IMG/VR virus record: IMGVR_UViG_3300032318_000487
Coordinates: 15,390 to 79,389 of that record
DNA from: a virus
Lineage: Duplodnaviria; Caudoviricetes
Length of the DNA stretch: 64,000 bases
Strand: one strand, 5' to 3'
Shown: positions 1 to 6,853 of the stretch, piece by piece
Numbering within the stretch: the first letter of the stretch is position 1
How the letters are laid out: each line of letters begins with the position of its first letter
Program-made: the position numbers and the translations under genes
Notes under the pieces: generated by a model
Told to the model about the DNA's origin: nothing
Seen by the model: the letters and a program-made list of their open reading frames with translations, nothing else
Database searches by the model: none

Positions 1-131
1 ATTCTGTTTATACCGATCGAAACGATCTTATTGTTTCTCACAATAGCGGCGGCAAGCCGCGCCCTCGGGTATTCATCATTTGCTTCGGCAACTTTTGACA
101 GAGTGTTGATTACGTTCTTGCTTATCTTCAT
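1..131 (-). CDS. cytidine/dCMP deaminase-like protein, N-terminal part (runs off window edge)
   Basis: Hand translation MKISKNVINTLSKVAEANDEYPRARLAAAIVRNNKIVSIGINR resembles the N-terminal AAIV..N.IVSIG.N segment of CMP/dCMP deaminases; the catalytic HAE motif is outside the window; ATG overlaps the upstream stop (ATGA). Confidence 0.5.
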   Translation of the reverse strand, partial: MKISKNVINTLSKVAEANDEYPRARLAAAIVRNNKIVSIGINR

Positions 132-553
132 GCTGCACTCTTTTTGACCGAGAGAATATGACGACAAGACTTTCTGAAACCGAAACCAACACACGTACAA
201 GAAAAATGACCTCTATCATTTACCACAGTATAGAAGCCACCCTTTCTACTATCAGATTTAACTTGCCATGTCTGTGTCTCAACAACACGCTTTTCAGTCT
301 TGTCGGCTACAGAACCGTCTTCGAATACGATTCCAGTAACACGATCAAGATGAACATTGCGTATGGGGAAAACAGAATCCCCAGTAGTAATGCAAAAGGA
401 TTCTGGATCATGATGCTTCGCATTTGGTACTACCTTTCCACTGTAGGTACGAATCCGTACCGCAGATTGATCAAACGGTTTGAGATAGTCTGTCCAGTCC
501 GTAGTGACTGTCACGACTGATCCGACTTTCGGTGCTTTGAACTGGTACTTCAT
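128..553 (-). CDS. hypothetical protein with C-terminal SWIM zinc finger
   Basis: C-terminal FSCTCVGFGFRKSCRHI matches CxCx(n)CxH; start moved to ATG 553 (MKYQF), 6 nt after a TATAAT box. Confidence 0.75.
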   Translation of the reverse strand: MKYQFKAPKVGSVVTVTTDWTDYLKPFDQSAVRIRTYSGKVVPNAKHHDPESFCITTGDSVFPIRNVHLDRVTGIVFEDGSVADKTEKRVVETQTWQVKSDSRKGGFYTVVNDRGHFSCTCVGFGFRKSCRHILSVKKSAA

Positions 554-559
554 TCTTAG

Positions 560-588
560 ATTATATTGCATTTATCCAAAAAACACAA
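560..588 (-). promoter_or_regulatory. sigma70-type early promoter, probably leaderless transcript
   Basis: TTGTGT-N17-TATAAT, then 6 nt and ATG. Confidence 0.65.
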
Positions 589-595
589 ACAAAAA

Positions 596-618
596 AGGTG
601 CGACAAAATGTCGCACCT
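596..618. repeat. palindrome GTGCGACA-N3-TGTCGCAC, copy 1 of 3
   Basis: AGGTGCGACA-AAA-TGTCGCACCT; followed by a T-tract on the minus strand. Confidence 0.95.
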
Positions 619-654
619 GTGTACTGCTAAGAACAAGTTATTCTATACTTAAGC

Positions 655-1098
655 TTAAGTCTTCTGACCTGCGGTTGCCTTAAGCATCCAGCGATGCTTC
701 TTATGCGCTGTAATACGATCTTGAAGATAGTTTGAAAGACCAAACTCTTTTGCCGCTTCAGCCATCTCATAAGCAACTGTGACTGTTTCCAGAACAGCAT
801 CATTATCTGCGATTAGATTGGTAATCATCTTGGGTGCTAGAGGAATTGTTTCAGACTCTTCCAGAGTTGATAGTTCGATCATTCTAGAAACAGAGTTTGG
901 TGCAAATGCATCTAGCTGACGAATATGTTCTCCCAAAGCATCTACCGCACCATCAAGTTCACCATATAGATCGCCAAAGAAGTCATGATACTGAGGGAAG
1001 TCCGGCCCGATTACGTTCCAATGATATCCCTGTACCTTCATCTTCATGATAAAAGTATCTGCTAAACATTGCTTAAGTTGACTGATTAGATTTTCCAT
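655..1098 (-). CDS. dps: Dps family ferritin-like DNA-protection protein
   Basis: HWNVIGPDFPQYHDFFGDLY, DALGEHIRQL and HKKHRWML ferroxidase/Dps motifs. Confidence 0.92.
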   Translation of the reverse strand: MENLISQLKQCLADTFIMKMKVQGYHWNVIGPDFPQYHDFFGDLYGELDGAVDALGEHIRQLDAFAPNSVSRMIELSTLEESETIPLAPKMITNLIADNDAVLETVTVAYEMAEAAKEFGLSNYLQDRITAHKKHRWMLKATAGQKT

Positions 1099-1324
1099 TT
1101 TTATCTCCGAAAGATTCTAAAGTTTCATCCATATTTATTGTTGCTGATTTCCATTTGCCTATAGGACACTCGGCATCTAGTACATGAGTCTTACCATCCA
1201 TGAAACATCCACACTTATCACATCTATTGAAAGACTTTAGATGTTCACACTGTTTGCAGATTTCCATTCTTTGGTCTGCAATCTTTCTTCTTCTCGTCCA
1301 GAATGTATCAAGAATTGCAGGCAT
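1073..1324 (-). CDS. small Cys-rich putative metal-binding protein
   Basis: RMEICKQC...RCDKCGCFM..K.....CPIGKW pattern common in phage mini-proteins. Confidence 0.6.
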   Translation of the reverse strand: MPAILDTFWTRRRKIADQRMEICKQCEHLKSFNRCDKCGCFMDGKTHVLDAECPIGKWKSATINMDETLESFGDKNGKSNQST

Positions 1325-1325
1325 A

Positions 1326-1802
1326 TCAGTTTGATAAGATTTCTTTTAAACGATCAGCAGCATATGAAGCTGAGAACGCTTCTGGCTTTACTTTTGGAGA
1401 GAAGCCACACATACCACGAATATAACCAGTTGCTTGCTGAATCACACAAGAGCTACCATGCATCTCATTAGGATTGATATCTAGATGAACTTCACAATGA
1501 CGATCACCAACAGCATCAATCAAATCAAGATACATTTGAGCCGCACGATATACTTCATTCATCAAACGTGTAGCAGGCCTATCGTGTCTATTATCATAGT
1601 CACGTTCAGTGTCTACTTTTCCGAATACTTTACACCCACGAGAAGAATCCATATGCACGACAATAGCAACAGTGTAGTCAGCATACCAGAGGTCATCCCT
1701 ACCACGATAGCGTTCACTATCTGCTCCAATATAGATTGATGTGGTATCTGAAGTGTTGCTAATGAACTCTTTGACTTCATCAAGATTGAACTTTTCTTTC
1801 AT
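1326..1802 (-). CDS. RNase H-like protein, YkuK/DUF458 family
   Basis: IYIGADS, RLMNEV, VHLDINP and SYAADR motifs. Confidence 0.75.
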   Translation of the reverse strand: MKEKFNLDEVKEFISNTSDTTSIYIGADSERYRGRDDLWYADYTVAIVVHMDSSRGCKVFGKVDTERDYDNRHDRPATRLMNEVYRAAQMYLDLIDAVGDRHCEVHLDINPNEMHGSSCVIQQATGYIRGMCGFSPKVKPEAFSASYAADRLKEILSN

Positions 1803-1929
1803 TGAACTTCTCTTTTACTTTATTGTAAATCCAACTCGGTGCCATACAAATAGCATAGATTGCCCATATGATGTATGTGATACAGATAAACAACATCAAC
1901 GCTGATGCAAATGATAGTCCGTAGAACAT
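1780..1929 (-). CDS. small hypothetical membrane protein (49 aa, not in ORF track)
   Basis: Hand translation MFYGLSFASALMLFICITYIIWAIYAICMAPSW...; hydrophobic stretch; fits the tight gene packing. Confidence 0.45.
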   Translation of the reverse strand: MFYGLSFASALMLFICITYIIWAIYAICMAPSWIYNKVKEKFNERKVQS

Positions 1930-1948
1930 TATAACATTGTACATACTG

Positions 1949-2065
1949 TTAAACAAACAAGTGTAGTAAGATCAATGCTAAGATCGTTCCAGCAGTAATC
2001 GTACCAATGTATCTTACAAGATCATATGCTGCTTCTGACTTTCTGAAAATTTGTGTTGGTCTCAT
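1949..2065 (-). CDS. small hypothetical membrane protein (38 aa)
   Basis: MRPTQIFRKSEAAYDLVRYIGTITAGTILALILLHLFV; GAGGA SD upstream. Confidence 0.45.
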   Translation of the reverse strand: MRPTQIFRKSEAAYDLVRYIGTITAGTILALILLHLFV

Positions 2066-2068
2066 ATC

Positions 2069-2287
2069 TTAGTCCTCAATTCTAGAGATGTCTTTTCTAC
2101 CTGCTGTTATATTTACTCTTGCCCTAATGTTTGCGTTTTCCCATGTCCAACATTCACCGGTATCATCTTGAAAGCATACCCACATAAGATCACTTTCAAG
2201 TCCATAGTCAATCAAGAAATGTGCTACGGCTTTGCCTTTTGGTGTCATGAGAGGAATAGGTGGATCAATTCTTACAATTTGTGTCAT
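2069..2287 (-). CDS. conserved phage hypothetical protein
   Basis: ORF track; TPKGKAVAHFLIDYG...WVCF..DTGECWTW; start overlaps upstream stop. Confidence 0.7.
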   Translation of the reverse strand: MTQIVRIDPPIPLMTPKGKAVAHFLIDYGLESDLMWVCFQDDTGECWTWENANIRARVNITAGRKDISRIED

Positions 2288-2400
2288 AGGAATTTTGCTG
2301 TTAAAAACAAAACAAAAAGTGCAAAGATTGGCATCCAGAAAAGAACTAGACCAATCTTTGCAGATTCAATATATTGCTTAGTCTTCTCTTTACTACTCAT
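2284..2400 (-). CDS. small hypothetical membrane protein (38 aa)
   Basis: MSSKEKTKQYIESAKIGLVLFWMPIFALFVLFLTAKFL; stop overlaps the next ATG. Confidence 0.45.
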   Translation of the reverse strand: MSSKEKTKQYIESAKIGLVLFWMPIFALFVLFLTAKFL

Positions 2401-2403
2401 AGT

Positions 2404-2574
2404 TTAGTCTTCTTTTTCAACTTTTAATGCTTGCTTGATAAGCCATCGACAAGTAACAATATCATCTTGACTGACTGAATCTTTCATTAGAACATCATAA
2501 ACACGTTTAAGAATGTCTTTCATCCACTCAGCGTCAGCATGAAGTAAAATATATTCTTGATTCTTTGCGTTCAT
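2404..2574 (-). CDS. small hypothetical protein (56 aa)
   Basis: MNAKNQEYILLHADAEWMKDILKRVYDVLMKDS...; fills the gap between neighbouring genes. Confidence 0.5.
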   Translation of the reverse strand: MNAKNQEYILLHADAEWMKDILKRVYDVLMKDSVSQDDIVTCRWLIKQALKVEKED

Positions 2575-2575
2575 A

Positions 2576-3256
2576 TCAAATCTCCACTATCAATGGCTCG
2601 TAATTCGAGTAGTTGTTACGCTCGTTCTTGTAGCCGCGCGGCCAGCAGATCACACGAGTTTCGCCGATCATATAGTCGAAGTCGTCGTGGGTATGCCCAT
2701 GAATCCACAACTTCGGCGGCTTCTTCATTGCAAGAATCTGCTCGTCGAGGTTATTCGAGAACGAAGGATTGAACGGACTGCCACGATACTTCTCGTGAAC
2801 AGACTGAAGCGATGGCGTATGATGTGACACAATGATATCAGCTTCAGAGTTGAACAGAAAGTTCTTATGAGCCTCGTGCGTCTCAATCATACGCTGCTGT
2901 GTCACATCTTTAATGTAGCGATAGTCAACCAGACCGTTGATATACATTACCCAATCAATTGGATTTGATAGATCAGTCCACAGCGTTGCACCAGCAATCT
3001 TGATGCCGTTGACTTCTTGTGTTTTTGTACCATAGATAGCATCAGTGAAATGACCACCATAGTAATCATGATTACCATTGATTGCAAACATATGATTCGA
3101 GTGCTTCTGTATCCAGCGATGACGATCATCATCGTTTTCACATATATCACCTGCACAAATGTAAAAGACATCCGCCTTGGGCTCAAAGTCCCAAGGCGTC
3201 TTTTCAGTTTTGACTGACCGATTCATGTGCAGATCAGACATAATACCAATCTTCAT
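2576..3256 (-). CDS. calcineurin-like metallophosphoesterase
   Basis: SDLH, AGD, GNHD, SHHTP and HGHTH motifs. Confidence 0.88.
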   Translation of the reverse strand: MKIGIMSDLHMNRSVKTEKTPWDFEPKADVFYICAGDICENDDDRHRWIQKHSNHMFAINGNHDYYGGHFTDAIYGTKTQEVNGIKIAGATLWTDLSNPIDWVMYINGLVDYRYIKDVTQQRMIETHEAHKNFLFNSEADIIVSHHTPSLQSVHEKYRGSPFNPSFSNNLDEQILAMKKPPKLWIHGHTHDDFDYMIGETRVICWPRGYKNERNNYSNYEPLIVEI

Positions 3257-3257
3257 T

Positions 3258-3614
3258 TTAAGCTTGCCTTACCATCCAAGTAGGTCGAACATTTACTGCA
3301 TTGAAGTAATGCTTGACTAACTTAATAACAACTGCCGGATCAAATTCTTTGCAAGAGAAGACATCAAGATAGATTGCCTTTTCTTCATTCACGAAATGGG
3401 CACAGATATTTGAAGTTTCAATCAACTGTACCATTGTATACCCGGCTTTGTTGCCAGTGCCGAAGTTGACAATTTGTGGTTCACCATAAGCAATCATATC
3501 AATGTCTTTTACAAGTTGCTTTGTGAAATTGTAGATAACATCACGATCACGAATTGCATACTCATCACAATCTGCACAATCTAAGATTAAGTGATAACCC
3601 CAATATCTTGCCAT
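3258..3614 (-). CDS. speD: S-adenosylmethionine decarboxylase (SpeD)-like proenzyme
   Basis: GYHLILDC...LIETSNICAHF...YLDVFSCK pattern of pyruvoyl-dependent class 1B fold. Confidence 0.7.
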   Translation of the reverse strand: MARYWGYHLILDCADCDEYAIRDRDVIYNFTKQLVKDIDMIAYGEPQIVNFGTGNKAGYTMVQLIETSNICAHFVNEEKAIYLDVFSCKEFDPAVVIKLVKHYFNAVNVRPTWMVRQA

Positions 3615-3643
3615 CTCATGAAAACTCCTATGTGAGAGGAAAG

Positions 3644-3718
3644 TGGAGCGGGTAGGGAGAATCGAACTCCTCGTCTAAACGTTGGCAACGTCTTGCTCTA
3701 CCATTGAGCTATACCCGC
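3644..3718 (-). tRNA. tRNA-Gly(GCC)
   Basis: GCGGGTA acceptor, anticodon arm AGACG-TTGCCAA-CGTTT, TTCGATT T-loop, encoded CCA. Confidence 0.95.
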
Positions 3719-3721
3719 AAT

Positions 3722-3871
3722 CTACCAATGTCTGATAACTCCTGCGATAATGAAGGCATTGGTTATCAGGTATGAAAGTATAATAACAGTTCTTATGACT
3801 GCAATCAAGTCGGATTCAGAATTATTTTTGCCCGACTTTTCCCCTAAAGCTTTTGACCAAATTCTCCACAT
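3722..3871 (-). CDS. small membrane protein (49 aa) of a type common in T4-like phages
   Basis: Hand translation MWRIWSKALGEKSGKNNSESDLIAVIRTVIILSYLITNAFIIAGVIRHW. Confidence 0.65.
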   Translation of the reverse strand: MWRIWSKALGEKSGKNNSESDLIAVIRTVIILSYLITNAFIIAGVIRHW

Positions 3872-3877
3872 CGAATA

Positions 3878-4297
3878 TTAACACCAGCTTCTTTTCTTTC
3901 CACCATCATAGGGATAAGCATGGAAGTTTTCTAGAAGCATTTGCTTTAAACTTTTTCCGTCTAGAAGAACATCTCCTAAAACTCTACCACCATACTTGTC
4001 CCATTTGACAAGAACAACTTGATGCCTCTTTGCATTTGCAATCTGTGTCCTTGTGAATCTGGTCGCAGCTTCAGCCCTGTCTCTTTCATTTTTACACTTT
4101 GCTAAAGATCCCTTTTCGGGAGTATCTACGTCTATGATCCTTAACCTTAAAGTCTGTTTAAGTTCAACAGGAAGAAAGGAAGCATCTATTTCTACTGTAT
4201 CACCATCGAGTACACGAATGACTCGATAGTCATAAGGATTGGCAGCATATGCTACCGAAGAGAGAAAGAGTGATACTGCGACCAGAATTGTTTTCAT
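3878..4297 (-). CDS. thermonuclease (SNase-like) with signal peptide
   Basis: VIRVLDGDT, LRIIDVDTPE, DKYGGRVLGDV; N-terminus MKTILVAVSLFLSSVAYA. Confidence 0.88.
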   Translation of the reverse strand: MKTILVAVSLFLSSVAYAANPYDYRVIRVLDGDTVEIDASFLPVELKQTLRLRIIDVDTPEKGSLAKCKNERDRAEAATRFTRTQIANAKRHQVVLVKWDKYGGRVLGDVLLDGKSLKQMLLENFHAYPYDGGKKRSWC

Positions 4298-4298
4298 A

Positions 4299-4820
4299 TT
4301 AGAACCTAAAGTTTAGACCAATTGTTGTTGCATTACTATCTAGTCTTTCGTCATTGAACTGCCTTGTATAACGATACCTTGCATCTAGTTCAACATTACG
4401 TGAAAGTCCATAACGAACACCACCACCAACTGACCAGAGTGATGCAGGATCACCATTTCGACCTAGACCATTAAAACCATAGCCAACACCTACGAGAGCA
4501 TATGGAGTGAACGCACCAACTGGTACACCAACAATAGCATCAGCAGTTACAATCTGACCTTGATCAGAACCGAAACGATTAGATACATTTAGTTCACCAC
4601 GAAAATTACGATTGAACTCATAACCTACAGTACCACCAGCAATGGCATCTCGATTGTCGAAGTCACTGAAACTTACACCACCATTAACACCAACATAGAA
4701 ACCACTTACTGGTGTCTGAGTGAAAACAGGTGCAGGTGCAGCAGTGCGCCTAGGTAGATCAGCAGCATATGCTGACGTTGCAACTACGGTAGCGACAATA
4801 GCAGAGATAAAAGTCTTCAT
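4299..4820 (-). CDS. outer-membrane beta-barrel protein, Omp25/Omp31/RopB-like
   Basis: Signal peptide ending AYA, mature start ADLPRRTAAPAPVF, GFYVGVNGG, alternating beta strands, terminal Phe (GLNFRF). Confidence 0.88.
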   Translation of the reverse strand: MKTFISAIVATVVATSAYAADLPRRTAAPAPVFTQTPVSGFYVGVNGGVSFSDFDNRDAIAGGTVGYEFNRNFRGELNVSNRFGSDQGQIVTADAIVGVPVGAFTPYALVGVGYGFNGLGRNGDPASLWSVGGGVRYGLSRNVELDARYRYTRQFNDERLDSNATTIGLNFRF

Positions 4821-4855
4821 GTGTTTTTCATCCTTTGTTTTCAGTTTACTTAAAG

Positions 4856-4946
4856 TGGCGGAGGGTATAGGATTCGAACCTATGGGACGCTATTAACGTC
4901 CGACTCGTTAGCAATGAGCTGCTTTCGACCACTCAGCCAACCCTCC
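4856..4946 (-). tRNA. tRNA-Ser(GCT)
   Basis: GGAGGGT acceptor, loop TTGCTAA, long variable arm, CCA. Confidence 0.92.
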
Positions 4947-4955
4947 AAACTTATA

Positions 4956-5105
4956 TTAGTCTCGAAGTAGTTTAGGACCTGACTCGTTAAGTTGCTTCTG
5001 TTGCATCTCAGCAAGCTTCTTCTGATATTCCTCGTTGGTAAGATTATGCCAGCCGCAGCAATTGCCGCTTGGTGATCTACCACAAGAACATGTCTTTTCG
5101 TTCAT
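4956..5105 (-). CDS. 49-aa protein with CDGSH-like Cys/His motif (not in ORF track)
   Basis: MNEKTCSCGRSPSGNCCGWHNLTNEEYQKKLAEMQQ...; GAGGA SD upstream. Confidence 0.6.
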   Translation of the reverse strand: MNEKTCSCGRSPSGNCCGWHNLTNEEYQKKLAEMQQKQLNESGPKLLRD

Positions 5106-5124
5106 AGTATCCTCATTTTAGTTA

Positions 5125-5214
5125 TGGCGGAAGAAGTAGGATTCGAACCCACGGTAGACTCTCGCCTACGTCGCATTTCAAGTGCGGTGCCTTAAACCAC
5201 TCGGCCACTCTTCC
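5125..5214 (-). tRNA. tRNA-Ser(TGA)
   Basis: Anticodon arm CCGCA-CTTGAAA-TGCGA, long variable arm, CCA. Confidence 0.93.
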
Positions 5215-5393
5215 AAAACTTTGCCGATGATGGACCTGAAGATCAGATGATCTCTCCATCTCGCCTGCTGCTCGGCAACAGCGCCCTCACACGATCATCA
5301 GGTGGTTAGTCTGACGACTGAGGCGTAGAAGTCATGGTACTTGCGGGAACCACCCCGTTCGTATTCTCCAGAAGACCATCCTACGGTACATAC
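5215..5393 (-). ncRNA. candidate structured non-coding RNA between tRNA-Thr and tRNA-Ser
   Basis: ~54% GC by hand count, no credible ORF, several 6-8 bp helices including a crossing (pseudoknot) pair. Confidence 0.5.
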
Positions 5394-5469
<76 letters not shown>

Positions 5470-5475
5470 GAAACT

Positions 5476-5937
5476 TTAGAACTTAACTTTCCAGTCTTTC
5501 TTCCACTGCATATACATTTGATATAGACCCAACTCTCTGCCGAATGCTTCGATCTCCCACGGTCTATCAAAGTAATGCGTCTCATCTAACTTTATATATC
5601 TGCCCTGCCATCGCTCTTCTCGCTTTATCAACATGGACTTCAACTCACCTTTCGCATGTTGCTTGACATGAACCATTTCATGAGCCAATGCAATCAACTG
5701 TCTGCGCTTTCCCATAGAGGCATTGAGAATGATCTCAAATTCCCTAGGTCTGTTGTTTGTGTCCGTCCAAACTGACGAAGCATCACAGTAATGAACTATA
5801 TCACTCACCAGACGGATTGTCAAGTTCTTACACAATCTTTCCGACATTAGGCTACGCGCAAAGTATTTCGTAGCGATGAAGAGTTCCTTGCGCGTAATCT
5901 TTTCGTTCTTTCCTTTAATGTTTACCTTCATGCTCAT
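5476..5937 (-). CDS. putative zinc metallopeptidase (HExxH)
   Basis: ALAHEMVHVKQH and PWEIEAF; start moved to ATG 5937, overlapping the upstream TGA. Confidence 0.75.
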   Translation of the reverse strand: MSMKVNIKGKNEKITRKELFIATKYFARSLMSERLCKNLTIRLVSDIVHYCDASSVWTDTNNRPREFEIILNASMGKRRQLIALAHEMVHVKQHAKGELKSMLIKREERWQGRYIKLDETHYFDRPWEIEAFGRELGLYQMYMQWKKDWKVKF

Positions 5938-6536
5938 CAGATGTTGTTGAAACTTCGAGGTGCAGTAATGCCACCCTGCTGTGGTTGACCTTCTGGATAA
6001 AGGTCTACACTTCGAGCAGCATCTACACAATTAGAAATCTCAGTCAGTGTCCGAGAAGAACCAGTCAAGTCAATCTCAGCGTTCTGAATTGAACCAGGCA
6101 TTACCATGATTGCACGAGTGTTATTTGCAAACAATGGAAGAAACTTTTCCTTGATGATGTTTCGGATCACAATTGTATTCTTATTGATAAGACGATACTC
6201 GAAGTTTAGACCTGTTGTCTGACCAGAACGACTCAGAAAATTGATTCGCATACTATAGTTGCCGGGCGAATCAGAGATATTCCATGCGTTGTTTCGCAGA
6301 AAGATATAAAGCTCGCCATCAGCAAGATCACGAATCAACTGAAATCGTGAACCGTCTCGCCAATTGATTTCAGCATAACATGCGGGATTATCGTTCTTCT
6401 CTGCGTTAGCTGTTACACCAAACACATAGTATGGTCCAGGTTGCACATCTACATTAAAGAACTGTTGAGATGCTGCGAAAGCTGAACTCGTAAAGAGCAT
6501 CGCAGCCAGAGTACCACTAACAAGCTTCTTCATCAT
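5937..6536 (-). CDS. exported hypothetical protein
   Basis: Signal peptide MMKKLVSGTLAAMLFTSSAFA; GAGGTG SD upstream. Confidence 0.8.
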   Translation of the reverse strand: MMKKLVSGTLAAMLFTSSAFAASQQFFNVDVQPGPYYVFGVTANAEKNDNPACYAEINWRDGSRFQLIRDLADGELYIFLRNNAWNISDSPGNYSMRINFLSRSGQTTGLNFEYRLINKNTIVIRNIIKEKFLPLFANNTRAIMVMPGSIQNAEIDLTGSSRTLTEISNCVDAARSVDLYPEGQPQQGGITAPRSFNNI

Positions 6537-6562
6537 AACATTCACCTCTCACATAAGATATA

Positions 6563-6635
6563 GGGTGTGGGCTAACCGTGGGCACCACGCGGGTCTATTT
6601 ATCGCGACCAACCGTACGCACTACAACCGCACTGC
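6563..6635 (-). ncRNA. candidate structured element in tRNA-Ala trailer / 5' leader of next gene
   Basis: ~62% GC; closing helix plus hairpins CGTGG-TGC-CCACG and GGTC..GACC; contains ATAAATA. Confidence 0.35.
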
Positions 6636-6639
6636 AAAA

Positions 6640-6714
6640 TGGTGGAGGCCTAGGGACTCGAACCCTATAGACAATCTCCGTGCAAGGGAGATCCGTACAC
6701 CCTCTACTGCCCCC
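6640..6714 (-). tRNA. tRNA-Ala(TGC), atypical D-arm
   Basis: Anticodon arm TCTCC-CTTGCAC-GGAGA, G3:U70 pair, T-arm TAGGG-TTCGAGT-CCCTA, CCA; A7/G66 mismatch and weak D-stem. Confidence 0.75.
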
Positions 6715-6772
6715 AAATGAATTGGCGGACGGTTTTTGTGCCGCCCTTTAATGCTCCTACAAGTCACCAAAC

Positions 6773-6847
6773 TGGTAGTCCGTGACAGGGTTGAACTGCC
6801 GACCTTCTCCGTGTAAAGGAGTTGCTCTTCCACTGAGCTAACGGACC
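6773..6847 (-). tRNA. tRNA-Val(TAC)
   Basis: GGTCCGT acceptor, loop TTTACAC, CCA. Confidence 0.93.
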
Positions 6848-6853
6848 AAAGGC

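Noticed and set aside
5294-5301. Hammerhead ribozyme suggested by CTGATGA in the 5215-5393 element
   Set aside because: No correctly placed GAAA after a stem II and no NUH cleavage triplet geometry
5215-5393. SRP RNA, RNase P RNA or tmRNA identity for the structured spacer
   Set aside because: CAGGTCC and AGCAGC occur in the wrong order for SRP helix 8; no RNase P P4 motifs; no tag ORF or tRNA-like ends
5938-6030. Cys-rich N-terminal extension of the metallopeptidase in the ORF track
   Set aside because: It overlaps the upstream gene in another frame; the true start is the TGATG-coupled ATG at 5937
6563-6635. Theta/HDV-like, pistol, SAM-II/V or preQ1 identity
   Set aside because: Partial resemblances (AAATAG, GCG, CGTGG/CCACG) but the order of elements and catalytic or ligand residues do not match; left as an unassigned structured element
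6715-6772. Pseudo-tRNA ending in CCGCCA between tRNA-Val and tRNA-Ala
   Set aside because: Only a GGGCGG/CCGTCC hairpin; no T-loop or anticodon arm; too weak to call
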